A stretch of DNA of 64,000 nucleotides. Source: Psilocybe cubensis. Taxonomy: Eukaryota. Both the position numbers and the translations under genes were made by a program. The stretch covers positions 620,001 through 684,000 of the forward strand of contig CM038999.1 in NCBI GenBank assembly GCA_017499595.2, written 5' to 3'. Position 1 is the first letter of the stretch; every line of letters begins with the position of its first letter. Below, piece after piece: positions 36,040 through 49,075 of the stretch. Under the pieces are notes generated by a model, which ran no database searches, had not been told where the DNA came from, and saw only the letters and a program-made list of their open reading frames with translations.

Positions 36040-36162
36040 ATGACGATGACAGATATTGTGGAAATCATGTCGCATGAAAACCTCGATCCAAACCACCCAG
36101 TTCAGGCACTGCTGATGAACAACAAAGAGCCGTCGAAGCTGACCAAAGAACTTCATTCATAA
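36040..36162 (+). pseudogene. Orphan N-terminal fragment of an F-box paralog
   Basis: MTMTDIVEIMSHENLDPNHPVQALLMNNKEPSKLTKELHS* matches the N-terminus of the 44238 gene (MMDITDSMMHPEPDPNHALDALLTNNDEPSKQAVKEVH). Confidence 0.7.
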
Positions 36163-36733
36163 CTAGTATGTTGTTTTAGCTCGCGTAGGCGTTGTTGTTT
36201 ACAACCTTTACAAGCAGAACTTGTGTACTGTCGGCGCTTTGATCTCTTTGATTACCGGATTTTGTATTATTGACGCCTTCATTTACTTTGAGTTTCAAGC
36301 AAATAGGCGATGGGTCGTACTTATTGTGATCACACAAGTTGAATACAGTAACCCTGTATAGACCCAACAAGACGATAAATCAGATTTTGTTCCGACGACA
36401 GTAAATTTCTAGACACCAGAACATGGCTAGAACTATGCACAAATGTAATAAGTACTAATACAACTCGAGTTTAATTTCTATTTCCCCCCGGTAGCCACTA
36501 CTACTAGCCCTCCCCTCTCCTGGGCGAGCGCTGGATTACATGTATTACAACGATATATCAGAAAGAAAACATGAGGATGTGTATGTATATGTATGTATGT
36601 GTGCGTGCGCGTCGTCAATCAGTCGTCGAAAGAAAGAAAGAAAAGCGAAAACCAAGAATGAATGAAAAAAAAGAAAGCAAGGGAAAAAAAGGAGAATGCA
36701 TCTATAACGGTATGGATTCTAGACAGCACACCT

Positions 36734-39335
36734 CTAATCGACGTCCATCTCCGAAGGGCCGCTCTCCTCCTCTTTGGGCGGTGGGGGCGGGGGTGTCTGT
36801 GTCGACTCGGGGTTGGGCGTTTGTGTGCCGCTGCCTCCAGGAGTTACGACGGGCTTGGGCTTGGGCTTGGTCAAAATTGGGATCGCGAAATAGATCAGCT
36901 CGTCCCTCTTCTTCTCAATCTCCGCGCTGGTCAGGACAGGATCCGCACTCTTCTCGCGTTCGCCCTGGCGTACGCTCTGGTCCTCGAGCCACTTGCGGAT
37001 CGTCGCGACCTTTTCGATAACAGCCTGCTTATCCTTCTCCTCGATGTGCGCGTACTTCTCCTCGGAAGAGGTCGCCTGCGACATGTAGTTGTCCAGCGTC
37101 TCGCGGAGGTTGGCGGCAGCCTTTTTGCGCTCGTCGACTTCACGGTAGCGGAAGACGATGGGGTCGCCGATGGCCTTGAGGGCGTCGAGGCGCGCGACGT
37201 ACGCAGACTTGGTCGCCTCTTCACCTTCTTCGGTGTAGAGCCATTCCTCAGCCTCGGAAAGGCCGGCAAGGAGCTTGGCCTTCTCTTCAGCCTTGACGTA
37301 CGAGGCATAGCGGTCCTCGAGCTTGCCGCGCATGTCGTAGACGTACTCCTCGAGTGCGTTTTTGCGGTCCTAAAAATTTAAAAAGTCAACACCTTGTCCA
37401 TAGAATCAACAGGTCTACAAACCTCAGTATCCATAACGAGCTTGTCAGCAGCGTGCAGCTGGCTCTCGAGCTCCTTGTAGTTCTCCACAACCGACTTCTC
37501 GAGAGAACTGTTCGTCGCGACGAACGGAATCTCCTTCTTTTTCACCACACGCTTCTTCTTGGGAGCCGGTGGGGGAGGGGCCGCCGCACCGTCAGCTCCT
37601 CCGTCGACGTCCATAGGCGCAGGGGCGGGGGCGGCCTCTTCACGCTCTTCGACCTCCTCAACATACGCCGCCTCAAACGACATAATTCCGTGCAAGTTCA
37701 GGCGCGTCTTGAGCTTGACGCACGTCGCATCGCCGTTGGGCGCCACGGGGACCTCCTTGGCAGTGAAGTTGGCGATCCATGGGTTGATGCCACCGGGAAG
37801 GAGAGCAGGATCCGCATACACAGACTCGATGGTGAAAGGCTCCTTGCGGTAGAACGACAGCACCTTGGTCGATGGGATGGAGTTGCCCTGGGGGAAGACG
37901 AGCAGCTCGGTGTCGTCATCGGGGTCGGTGGGCGACGCAGTCCACTGAGTCTTGATTGGGTAGTGGTTGATGTCGTTGACATGGAAGTCGCGCACGCGAA
38001 AGACAGGCGAGAGCATCGCGCAGGCAAAGGTAGCGCCGCGCGCAATGGCCTCGTCCTGGTTCAGCGTAGTCGAGAGCGATTTGCCGGGGAAAGCGTCCTG
38101 GATGCGCTGGCGCACGGAGGGGACACGGGTGGTGCCTCCGATGAGCTCGATGCTGTCAATCTGATCGACAGTGAGGCCGGAGTCAGTAATTGCGCGCTGG
38201 AGAGGGCCGGGAATGCGGTCGAGCACGTCGGCGATGAGAGTCTCGAGTTCATCACGGGTGAGCTTGGAGGAGGCATCAACATCGTTCATGATAGATTCGA
38301 CGTTGAGGGGTGCATCGGTGTTAGCGGAAAGCACTTTTTTGATCTTCTCGCATCCGGCGGCGAGGCGGAAGGTAGCTTTGGGGTTGCTCAGGACGTCGAT
38401 CTTGTACTTGGTCTTGAATTCTTTGGCAAAGTGCTGCATGAGGGCGTAGTCAATGTCGCGTCCGCCAAGATTGCGCTCATAAGCGGTGCTCTTGACGGTG
38501 AGCTGGCCCTTGGAGAAGGCGACGACGGCGACGGAGAAATCGGCGTGGCCCACATCGACAAAAACGACATGGCGGGGGTTCTCGGGCTCTGGGAGGTCAG
38601 ATTTTGTGATTCCGTATCCAAGTGCAGTTGCGGTGGTATCGTTGATGAGACGGAGAACGTTGAGGTTGGCAATGGCAGCGGCGTCGATGATAGCTCGTCT
38701 CTGCACATCGGTGTACCATCCCGGAACGGAGATGACGATGTCGGAAACTACTGTCTTGAGCTCAGCTGCGGCGATATCGCGCAGTTTGCCCAAGTACATC
38801 GCCACGAGCTGGGTAATGGTGTATTGAACCTTTTCGAAACGATATGTGACCTGGATAAATCCGATAAAATCGAAAATTTTTCAGAAAAAAAATCTCAACT
38901 TCGAGAGAATGGATACTCACCTCAGCACCGACGGTTCCGTTGATATCCACCAACTTCGCATTGATGAACTTTTTCTCGACATCCTGCACCTGGGGGTCAG
39001 AGAGAGCCCTGCCAATCAGGCGTTTCAGGGATCCGATGGTGTTTTTGAAGTTGGATGTCTCCTGGGTCTTTGCGGCCTCACCGATGGCGCGCTGCTTGGG
39101 TCCGAATGCGACTAGAGATCTGTTGGATGAATTAGAAAAATATTATTGCATTGAGTTCGACAACCTACGGTGTTGCGCGATTGGACACCTCATTGGTGAT
39201 AATATCGATTCCGCGATGCCTTGCGACACCGATCTGTATTGCGGTAGAAATCGTTGTAAGTTAGGTTTAGATAGATATGTGAAGTATATTCACCTTTGAA
39301 TGTAGAGTTCCAAAATCAATTCCAACGACGGCCAT
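36734..39335 (-). CDS. SSE1: Hsp110-family chaperone / nucleotide exchange factor (Sse1/Pss1/Hsp88)
   Basis: MAVVGIDFGTLHSK; LRLINDTTATALGYGITKSDLP; IELIGGTTRVP; TTLNQDEAIARGATFACAMLSPVFRVRDF; C-terminal EMDVD. Confidence 0.97.
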
Positions 39336-39452
39336 GGTAGTAAAGAGAGTCGTAAACGTGAAGGTTAAGAGGAAGTTGTAAGTGGAAATTTAATGATCTT
39401 TCTTTATCAACAAACTTTTTCCCTCCTTCCTTTTTAATACGCTTTCACCATT

Positions 39453-39477
39453 CTTCGAGATGCTTCTATAACATTCC
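39453..39477 (-). promoter_or_regulatory. Heat-shock element upstream of the Hsp110 gene
   Basis: Minus strand gGAAt gTTAt aGAAg cATCt cGAAg: five alternating nGAAn/nTTCn units with two mismatches, ~120 bp upstream of the ATG and just upstream of a TATTAAA box. Confidence 0.75.
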
Positions 39478-39751
39478 AAATCCGGATACCGCCAAGGCCT
39501 CCTCAAACTTTTCTCCCATAATTAAGCGCCAAGTCACGCTGGCTTTTGGGGTCCAAAGTACAGAGAGGTGTACATATACAAGTAAAGTACGGAGCCAAGA
39601 AAACGAAACGAAAGAAAACAATTTGCGGCATAATATCATCGCGAGACAAAACTAAAAAAAAAAAAAAAACACGAAAGCAAGAAAATTTAAAAACCTATTT
39701 TACAACAAAGTCTCTGGTCCGTCATACACAGGTTATAACTTACAAATATAT

Positions 39752-42700
39752 TCATGATCCATATCCTGCTCCTCGCACAGGACCAGGGAAAAACACAGCA
39801 GGATCCACCCTCGAACCAGAAGCCGATGCAAATGTAGCAGCACCCGAACTCTGGTTCGCGACGCCCAGGGGTGTTCCACTTCTGGGCGATGTCGACGTGT
39901 CAGGTGTCAAATAAAAGCTCGCAGTGTCGTCCGCCGAGAGCCCTCTCCTATGGGGTACGAAAATCGGATCATCAAACAAATCCCTTGGCGGCGGCGGATG
40001 TGGCAGCGGAGGCGGAGGCGGGTGCGGGTGGGCGGGCGGAGGCGAGATCGTCCGATTGATGCTGCTCGACGACGCCGAGTTGTTGGAGAACGACCGCCGG
40101 TGCGCGTTGTTCGGGTTGTTAAAGTACAAAGGAGGTGTGTCTGGTAGTCGACCGCGCGTAGACGCTGAGCCGCTTGTTGAGCGTTGGTGTTGATGCTGAT
40201 TCTGCAGATTCGCAGTAGAAGGGCTCGAGACAGAGATGGCTGGAGAGGGAAGCGGTCGCCTGGAGGAGGATGAGGACATCACACTCATATCCGAGTCACC
40301 ACTCGCGCTGCGGGTCGGTAAAGGCCGCACAGAGCTCGTGGACGATGTCTGAGCAATGCTCGCGGGCAGCTCAAGCTGGCGAGGCGGATTTACAGCTCGG
40401 ATAGAATTTTGGTCTTCTGGAATCGGAGACATCATTCGAGTATTACTACTGTTGGCGGGCGGCGAATTAAGTCGAAGGCCTGAACCACTGGCGATTGGCG
40501 TATCTGTCGGTATATTAGCTACTCTGGGAGACATCCGCGATGAAGGGGGAGGTGGTAATGGCGCAGGAAGGTTTGGTACAGGTGGCAACGCCGGTAAAGG
40601 TATCTTAATAATTAGTTATTTAGCATATAGTTCCTCTCATAGCGAGACCCAAATTGCAGGAAACAAACTCACCGATTTATTACGCGGCCAATAACCAGCT
40701 GTTCCAGGCATACTACTTCTTGGAGAAACCGTGCTCGCTGTGGGCGATTCGATTCGAATCTTAGAATCAATTGAAGTTCCATGCGTCGTTCGCGAGTTGC
40801 TCTCGCTGTAGCGCACACTGTCCAATCGTTCATCCTCCGTAATAAGATTCGTGCCCTCGTCATCAAATTCCGAGTCACCATAAACCAAAATTTCCTGCCC
40901 TAGCATCATTTCATGGTCTATTCCTTCGTCGCCGTGGTAAAAGTCGTCCAAAATCGCCACGCGCCCCTCGCCAACATTTGGTGCCAGCGGCGTTACCCGC
41001 CCAGTACCCCTAGGCGGGGGTAAGGCAACTGACTCGCGTACAGACGCCGAACCCTCCGACGACCCGTCGATCCTGAACCTTTCTGTCGGCACCGTCGACA
41101 CGATGGGCACAGGACGCCTTCTGAATGGGTTTGGCAGTCGCACGCTTACATCACGGATTGAACTGCCCCAACCCGTGCGCGGCGTCGACGTACCGGGGGT
41201 GTTGCTGTTGCTGTTGGCGTTGGAGGTAAAGGGCGAGGGGAAGTACGAGGTCGGGTTTGAGGTTGTAGGCAGGTTAGAAGTAGACGCAGCGTTCGAGTTC
41301 GTGGCTGTCGTCGCAGGGTGCACATATCGTCCCGACATGATATCATGTGTACCCACACCACCACCTGCAGCGCCGCGCTTCATATTCAACTCTTGCGCCT
41401 CCCTGCCGAACGGGTACACACCCCTATTTCGCTCCCTCGCCGCCGTCGACGCCGATCCAGGTATCGACAACTCTACACTCTCATGTGCTGCAACACTTTG
41501 TCGAGGCGTTTCCGAGTATATTGACGGATGCCCAGGCACCGTGCTATCTCTGTGGGGCGTATCGGAAGGCGAGGGGGGTAGCACCACCGTCTGGTCACGT
41601 GCGTGCGCACTTGCATGCGAGCCCGCGTTGGTGTGTACATTGACATTCATGCTCGACGTCCCGCCCGAATTAAGGCTGGGCGGCGGCGCAATCAACCCTG
41701 CCCCCGCGGCGCTGGCGCTCGATCCAGTTGGTTCGTCGATGACCCAGTCAGGCAGCGAGCGCTGGTCAAGCGGGCGCACCCTACGCGACGGGTGGATGAT
41801 ACGGGAGATAAAAGGGAAGCGCGGGACAGACATGCGCGATTTTGCCGTGGCCTTGGAGTTCTGTGTTGGCGTGTACACGTGCCGGTGGCGAAGGTGGCGA
41901 GAGCGCAGGGCGATGGCGATGAGAGTGAACAGCACCCCGAGAACCGCGCTGAGAATGGGCAAAAGGATCTGCATGGTAGTCCATTTTGATCGCGTGGACA
42001 GTTTCTGGCCTGTACGGCGAATCAACATCAACAATCAGATTGTTGTCAATCAAGGATATTTCAACAAAGATGATATGAGAAAAATAAGAGAAACGAAGGC
42101 GCAAACAAATCTGACAAGACGGAAACAACACGTACTGAGCACCACGGCCTGCTGTAGATCGAATGCAGTATTCCCTGGGACAGGTATATCCGCCCACGCA
42201 GGAATCTCAATCCCCATCATCGAACCCCCGCCGTTCTTCATATTATTGCTTGCCTCGAGCGAGATTCCTCTGGCAGTGCATGTGGAGCTCCAGAGGCTGA
42301 ACATTGGCAACGTGTTGTTTCCGCTCGCAAATGAGCACGCCGACCAGATGTTGAAGAAAACATTGTTGCTGAGAATTGATATAAATTAAGTATTGGTTGG
42401 GTTGCGTCGAGGGTGGTGCGAAGGAGGAACTCACCATGTGCAAAGTGAGGGCGTTTGGGGGACATCTAAAGTAGGGTTTGAGAATGTAGATATATTAGAG
42501 GTGTACTCGGTTTCGAAACAATACTCCATACTCAGCGCTGGCGATGGCGGTGGACTGCAAGTCAGATGTATAGAGTCCTTCAAGTCGCATGCATTTTGCC
42601 CATTCGTTCCCTTCAGCTATGATTCCCACAAAACAAATGTGCGAGTGGCGGAAAAGGCGAAAAGTGAAGAGAAATCGAGAAATCAGCGTTATAATTCTGT

Positions 42701-42925
42701 GCAAAAAAAACCAAAGGTACATCACATACCACATCTAATCGACCTGCCTAACATTCACAGAAGTTTCATGTATTAATTTAGTAAAAGGGAAATGAAAGAG
42801 TCGTGGCCAGCAGAAGAAGTGGGGAGACGTACCTGATCCTGACCATAAACCGTCAACGGTAATAGGCTGACCGCGAGAAACACCAAGTAGGACCGAAAAG
42901 ATAACGAAACTGAAAGTGGCGTCAT
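39752..42925 (-). CDS. Single-pass membrane protein: signal peptide, Cys-rich ectodomain, long S/P-rich cytoplasmic tail
   Basis: MTPLSVSLSFRSYLVFLAVSLLPLTVYGQ signal; NNVFFNIWSACSF...IPAWA ectodomain; TM ILLPILSAVLGVLFTLIAIAL followed by RSRHLRHR. Confidence 0.8.
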
Positions 42926-44237
42926 CCAGAACGCCCTGTGCCGGAAACCTATCGTAATCGTATCGCACACGCTGAGCTGCAAGCGGCGATGGGGAAACTT
43001 GAGTCTCGGACGCCTGCTCAGTAAAACGTGGTCGTGGTCGCTGTATATGGAAAAGAACGAGAAGTATACTAGTAGTGGCGGGCGGGAAGAAGAACGGTCG
43101 GTAGAGCACACGCAGAAACAAACACGCCCTAATGGCACCGCGGCTGGATTGGGTACCGGTAGTAGATGTATAGGTTTCTATATTCTGGAACGGGCAACTC
43201 GTCCTGTGATCTGCTGTGTGAAAATCCGCATGAGGACTTGGCGACTATGTTTAATGCCCTGTCCAGACGAAAATATACTCCTCCACAAAACGATGTTTGT
43301 CGTGCGAGATAATATGGAGCCCTAAATGAATGCCAAGAGGTACTCCAACGAGTGAATATTCTTCTATCCCGTCCTCCGACCTTCCGACCTGCTTTGCTTC
43401 TGGTGCATCCGTGGGTCCTGTAACAGTACTGTCCCGCGGCGAGTATGGCCGGTTGGATGGATGATATATCCGAAAGCCAGTGAAGAATCTCATCCTTACC
43501 AGGCGGGTGTTCCGAGTTATGTATAGCTGCATGTTGCCCAGTCAGTAGTTGGCATCTCGATTTGACGGGGTCTTGAACCTTGCAGCCCATCCAAATCAGC
43601 CTGTACCAATCAAATTAGGTGAACCATGATGGCGCGAATGGGGTTCCGAATTATTTTTCACAAAGCTCTGAATTCACAGAGGCCCTTTGGATGTGTGATG
43701 AACATTATCACAGAGACACGTTGGCTCGCAATTGTTGAACCATCGTGAACGAGCCCAGACCCCAATACAGGCAGTCATTGCTTTTTGGAGTTGTGTCCGA
43801 CATTGCCATGTGGAATGCTCGGTGGAAGGCTGCCACAGATTTACCCATGTCGTGGAGGCGATAATGAAAGTAGAAAATAGAAATATCATTTTAGGACACG
43901 GATGACACGGACAAGTTTGGCCAAGTTTGCCCGGGGTTGATGTGTTGACCACTGACAATTGCGCGTCATATATTTCAAATGCTTTCCAGGTTTATCGTGT
44001 TCCCTCGATACTCCAGCTTTCAGATGTAACTGCTACTGCATGAATCAATAAAAAAAGACTTCAGAATACGTTAATAGACCTTTCTATCGGATTACGTGCG
44101 CGGGAAATCAAACATGTCACGTTGGGTTGGTTTAGCCAAACAGGTCAGTGCACCAGCCTTTGTGAAAAAAACCACCATTGCTCTTCATTCAGCTTGTAAA
44201 GCGCATATAGTAACTTCTCATTAGGGACTACAGAGCC

Positions 44238-46352
44238 ATGATGGACATCACAGATTCTATGATGCACCCAGAACCAGACCCAAACCACGCTCTTGACGCT
44301 TTGCTGACGAACAATGACGAACCATCCAAACAAGCTGTTAAGGAGGTCCATCGTCTCCTGGTCAAGCCGAAACAAGAGCGAGAGCTTCTTGACGAGCGGA
44401 TAAAGCTACTCGAAACACAGCTGGAGAAGCTCAAGCTTAAGCGAATCACGGTTGACGGCACCATTACGCGCTACAACACCATTGTTTCGCCTATTCGTCG
44501 TATTCCTACAGATATCCTTCGCGAGATTTTCTTACGATGCCTTGAGAACACTCGAAACCCTTACATATCAGCGATGGAAGCTCCGGTTCTTCTCACTCAT
44601 GTATGTCGCTCCTGGAGGGCCATAGCTCTGTCCTCACCCCTCCTGTGGGCCAGGGTACACATTGAGTTCAGCAACGATGACTTGGTACCTGACATCATCG
44701 AGGACCAAATTGTCGAGGATGAGTTTCTAGAATATGTGATGCCTAGAATGTCAAAGTCAAGAGTTATTGAAATACTACAGCGCCGATGCGAGGCATTAGA
44801 AGAATGGCTTCGCCGGTCTGGAGCCTGTCCCCTGTCCTTTTCTCTCCACTATTTGAAGACCCAGATTGCTCCTGTTGAACCAGCGACCACTGGCCAGGTT
44901 AATCTCCAACATTCGGATCTCACCCACAGGCTGTTTAACGCTCTCCTCAACGAATCCAGCCGATGGTCAAATGTCGAACTGTCAATGCCTATGGATACTT
45001 ACTACGCGTTATCCGAAGGCTTTGCCCAAATAAATTTTAATAACCTCGTAACTTTGCGGGTGTCTTCTCATGGCAACTGGAGATGGAATCGTCGGCGACC
45101 ACAGGTGAATCCACCTCCGTCTGAAATTATCGCTCCAAACTTGCAGAGGTATTCCTTCGGCATGCCCCAGACCGTTTTGCAGAAGGTCGCTTCCCCATGG
45201 ACGACTCTCACTTTCCTATCCTTGCATTCCGCTATTCCGTTATCAGAAGCTTCAGCTATCCTCACCAAATGCTCTCAGCTTGTGCACTTCAAGGCAACAT
45301 TAACCACAGTACACATGGACTGGATCCATGGGACTCATAGTCGGTCCCGACCCATCGTGTATCGGTATGCAAATCTTCCCGAGCTCCGCGCATTGTACAT
45401 AACGGACCAGGCGGATGACGTTTTAGAGAATGGTTTCTTCGCCAGCATCTTCGCACCGCAACTCTCGATCTTGTCGTATTATTCGGACCACTCGTCCGTC
45501 CGGTTCCACGACCCCGCCTTGACCGCTGCTAACCTTCAAAATATTACTCAAAATATTGCCCAAAATCTAACTCAAGCCTTTGGACATAACCCTATTCATC
45601 AAATGTTTGCCCAGCACACTACGCATACTTATCAAAAGCCGCCCATCTGTGCCCTGCTTTTGAAGTCGACCAAATTGAAGACGATGATTCTCGACGTTAT
45701 AGGGTACACGTCTTCCGAAATATTAGATGTGTTCTACAGTGCGAGCTCCGTTCAGCGCTTGATCTATGGGTGCCGAAGAACCCCACGCGAAAGAGAACAT
45801 CTCCTATACGAATATGAAGAACTTGATGACTTGCTCACTCCATATCCCATTGGTAGAGACTTATATTCACCCACTCAATGGACCTTCAGGGATGCTTTCA
45901 TTGGATCTGAAAATAATCCTTGCACACTGCCTATACTTCCGAACTTGGAAACTCTGGTAGTCCGTTCTAGAATCAGCGCTTTGTCTGACCAAAACTTGCT
46001 CGACTTTATCATCGGCCGGATGGATCCTTCTCCTCTCAGTCCCTTCTCACCGCTCAAGAAGGTTAAAGTTAAATTCGCCCGTAAACGCCAGGTGGACGTC
46101 CAAGAGGGCGTCCTCAAGTACGCTGCAGAGAAAGGAATCGCGAGGAAAGTTCAACTCGATTTGGACTATTCGCCGCCCAGCTTCTCGGAATCGGCGAATT
46201 TGGCGAACAGCGCGATATCTATGGGGGTGAAGCAGCGAACTAATGAATGGAATTACGACCGTGCTGACGAAGAAGTGGGTCTTTTCTTCTGTTTATGGAT
46301 TCGAGCTTATATCATTGACGCCTGTTCAGTTGACCAGTATCGCTATAGCTAA
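44238..46352 (+). CDS. F-box protein (coiled coil, F-box-like, LRR-like body)
   Basis: SPIRRIPTDILREIFLRCL...EAPVLLTHVCRSWRAIALSSPLLWARVHI. Confidence 0.92.
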   Translation: MMDITDSMMHPEPDPNHALDALLTNNDEPSKQAVKEVHRLLVKPKQERELLDERIKLLETQLEKLKLKRITVDGTITRYNTIVSPIRRIPTDILREIFLRCLENTRNPYISAMEAPVLLTHVCRSWRAIALSSPLLWARVHIEFSNDDLVPDIIEDQIVEDEFLEYVMPRMSKSRVIEILQRRCEALEEWLRRSGACPLSFSLHYLKTQIAPVEPATTGQVNLQHSDLTHRLFNALLNESSRWSNVELSMPMDTYYALSEGFAQINFNNLVTLRVSSHGNWRWNRRRPQVNPPPSEIIAPNLQRYSFGMPQTVLQKVASPWTTLTFLSLHSAIPLSEASAILTKCSQLVHFKATLTTVHMDWIHGTHSRSRPIVYRYANLPELRALYITDQADDVLENGFFASIFAPQLSILSYYSDHSSVRFHDPALTAANLQNITQNIAQNLTQAFGHNPIHQMFAQHTTHTYQKPPICALLLKSTKLKTMILDVIGYTSSEILDVFYSASSVQRLIYGCRRTPREREHLLYEYEELDDLLTPYPIGRDLYSPTQWTFRDAFIGSENNPCTLPILPNLETLVVRSRISALSDQNLLDFIIGRMDPSPLSPFSPLKKVKVKFARKRQVDVQEGVLKYAAEKGIARKVQLDLDYSPPSFSESANLANSAISMGVKQRTNEWNYDRADEEVGLFFCLWIRAYIIDACSVDQYRYS

Positions 46353-46825
46353 AGAAGCGGCAAAGTAAAAACCGTTTAGAAAAAAATATTAACGGTGCTA
46401 ACCCCCAAATAATAAACTATGTATCATTTGTCTTTCACAAGCGCTTTAACGACAAGTTACCTTCCGACTTGCCAAGCTCTGTCTGGAGCCAAACTTCGTT
46501 GTGCCTCCTTGTTTCATTACCTACATGTAAAATACTAAAACAATTCAATTATATTTAGACATGGACACGTCAGTCATGAGGGTGGGTGGGTGTTGCAATT
46601 TGCAAGTGCGAAGGATATCCTTTGGAAATATTTAGTATTAATATAATGATAAAATACGGCTCCCACGGCTTGAGCGTAATAAGCGTGGCTGGTGAAGCGT
46701 AGTAATCGTGAACGTTACCTTGAATAGTTACTCCTTCGTCGTGCTGTGCGTATTACTCAAAACCAAAACTTTTGCATTATCGATTGTCGCTGACCTCCAT
46801 CATTTAGTGAAATCCGTAAATCCAC

Positions 46826-48824
46826 ATGCAGACCAGTCCATTACCAAAGTCGATCGACATGCTTTTATCCAGCAATGTCGAACCCTCCGAAGAAGAAGCT
46901 AGCAAAATCCAAAGCCTTCTGGTGGAGCCCACTCGCCAACTGGAAGAACTAGAAAATAATATCAGGGTCCTAGAAATACAACTGGAGGACTTGAAAGCCA
47001 AACGAACTACGACGAAAGAAACCATTTCACGCTACAGAGCCGTCCTATCGCCAATTCGTCGACTTCCTGCGGATGTCCTCCGTGAAATATTCCTTCATTG
47101 TCTTGAAAAGCATCGTAACCCAGCCATGCTAGCATCTGAGGCACCGATGCTCCTTACTCGGATTTGCAGTTCCTGGAGGTCCATTGCGCAATCTTCGCCA
47201 CTTCTGTGGGCCCAGATTCATATCGCTTTTCCAAATTGGATTGATTTCCTGGTTATCGAGGACTCGGGCGATCAAAGTGAACATGTACCTATTTCTCAAC
47301 GTCGGCATTTGGTAACAGGTAAATTATTTCAGCTCCAGTTTGAGGCAGTCGTAGCATGGCTTAGTCGGTCTGGAACCTGCCCTTTATCGATCTCAATTCA
47401 CTACGTAGCAAGTTCCATTCGGTCAGGATATCCCGCTTTCCCTGCCGAAAATTTAAACGTAATAAGTAAATTATTCAAAGTCCTCACGGATGAAGCAGAC
47501 CGATGGCGGCATTTTGAACTGTCAATACCGAAGGATGCATATGACATTCTAGTTGAAGCCTTAGAGGGATCTCCCCTTCCCAATAACCTCGTTACACTAC
47601 GAGTGTCATTCACTCCAGGGGGTGTTGAACCATCTTTCTCTGAACCTCCTAACATCATCCCAAGCTTGAGGAAGATCTCCATTGACGATATTGGTCATCT
47701 CACCAACGGAATATCCCGTTCTCGGTTACAGGTTCTCACCTTCTTGTCCATCCATCTACAGCGTCTTTCCACAGATGTTGCCGCTTTTGTCTTTAAAAAC
47801 TGTCCTTCTCTTATACATGTCAAATTTACAATCCTATCTTGGCAACAGACTCCATCGGAAACAATGCCCACCATTCATCTTCCGGAGCTACGCACATTAT
47901 ATATCGGCGATGATTCACCAAATCTTTTAAGCACCAGGGGTTTTTATGACGCATTTTATGCCCCAAAGCTATCAACTTTGGCATTCTACTCGTTGTCCAT
48001 AGGATTCTATCCGAGTATCTCCCCAGCTCTCACTCCTAATTATCCAATGACTCCTATCAGTGGATTACTCCAGAAGTCCACTAGGCTCCACACATTAATG
48101 CTATGTGTGGACAACCTCTCCGACAAACAATTGTCAGAGATCCTGCACAGCGCGAGCAACATAACACATCTGATCTACGGAAAGCCAACGCCCCCTCACC
48201 GCGTATCGACATTTTCACCATCTGAAGTACCTGTGCTTGTAGATGGCTATTGCGAGACTAAATGGGACTTTAAAAGCACATTTTTTGAAACTACTGGAAA
48301 CATTGACAGTGGGAGCATACCTCGCACAATTACACCACCTTTACTACCAAAGCTGGAACGAATAGAGTTTATGGAATCGGCCAGAGTCAAGGCATTGTCA
48401 AATAGCACGCTACTCCAGTTTATCATCAATCGAATGGACCCTTTACCTTCTGGCCTTATCTCTTCACTAAAGGAGGTCAAAGTCAATTTCAATTTCCACC
48501 TTAAAAAAAAGGCAGAAATAAATGTGAAGGAAAGCCTTATCAAGCTTACTCAAGAGATGGGTATTTCAAGCAATGTCCACCTTAGTCTGACCTATTCGGA
48601 GTATGATTACTCGCCACTGCGTGCACTTGGAGTGTATTCAGAGATGTGGGTCCACGACCGTATTGATGAAGACGTTAGTTCTCCTCCAATTTAAACTCAC
48701 ATTATCCTACTATTTTGTATCTTTAGTACAGTGCCTCAGCTTAAGAAATTTCCGGAGTATTATGAGCGCCGCAGTACTGGGCCACCCACTGCTAGAGGCT
48801 GGTGGCAAGTGTGGGGACCCTTGA
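46826..48824 (+). CDS. F-box protein, tandem paralog
   Basis: SPIRRLPADVLREIFLHCL...EAPMLLTRICSSWRSIAQSSPLLWAQIHI; last exon approximate. Confidence 0.92.
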
Positions 48825-49075
48825 ACTTACTCCTTTACGGCATTTGCCGTCTTGGCTCTTGGCTAGCTACCTAATTTGATCGTGAGATGATTAGATAATT
48901 TCGATAGTCATTTTGTAAGTGCGTCACGTCGAGTTCCAAAAACATTTCAGTTAAACACTATCTTCACGAAATCGTTGAAAGCATCACGATAGACGATCAC
49001 GAATATTGGACCCATAGCTCTTCAAGGTCCAACTAGAGCGTAATTATTTTTCGCGACAACAGTCTACTTTGAACG

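Noticed and set aside
37354..38943. 529-aa plus-strand ORF, and the 36662-37381 ORF
   Set aside because: Antisense shadows of the codon-biased Hsp110 gene
41103..42389. 428-aa plus-strand ORF
   Set aside because: Antisense to the GC-rich membrane-protein gene; no independent motifs
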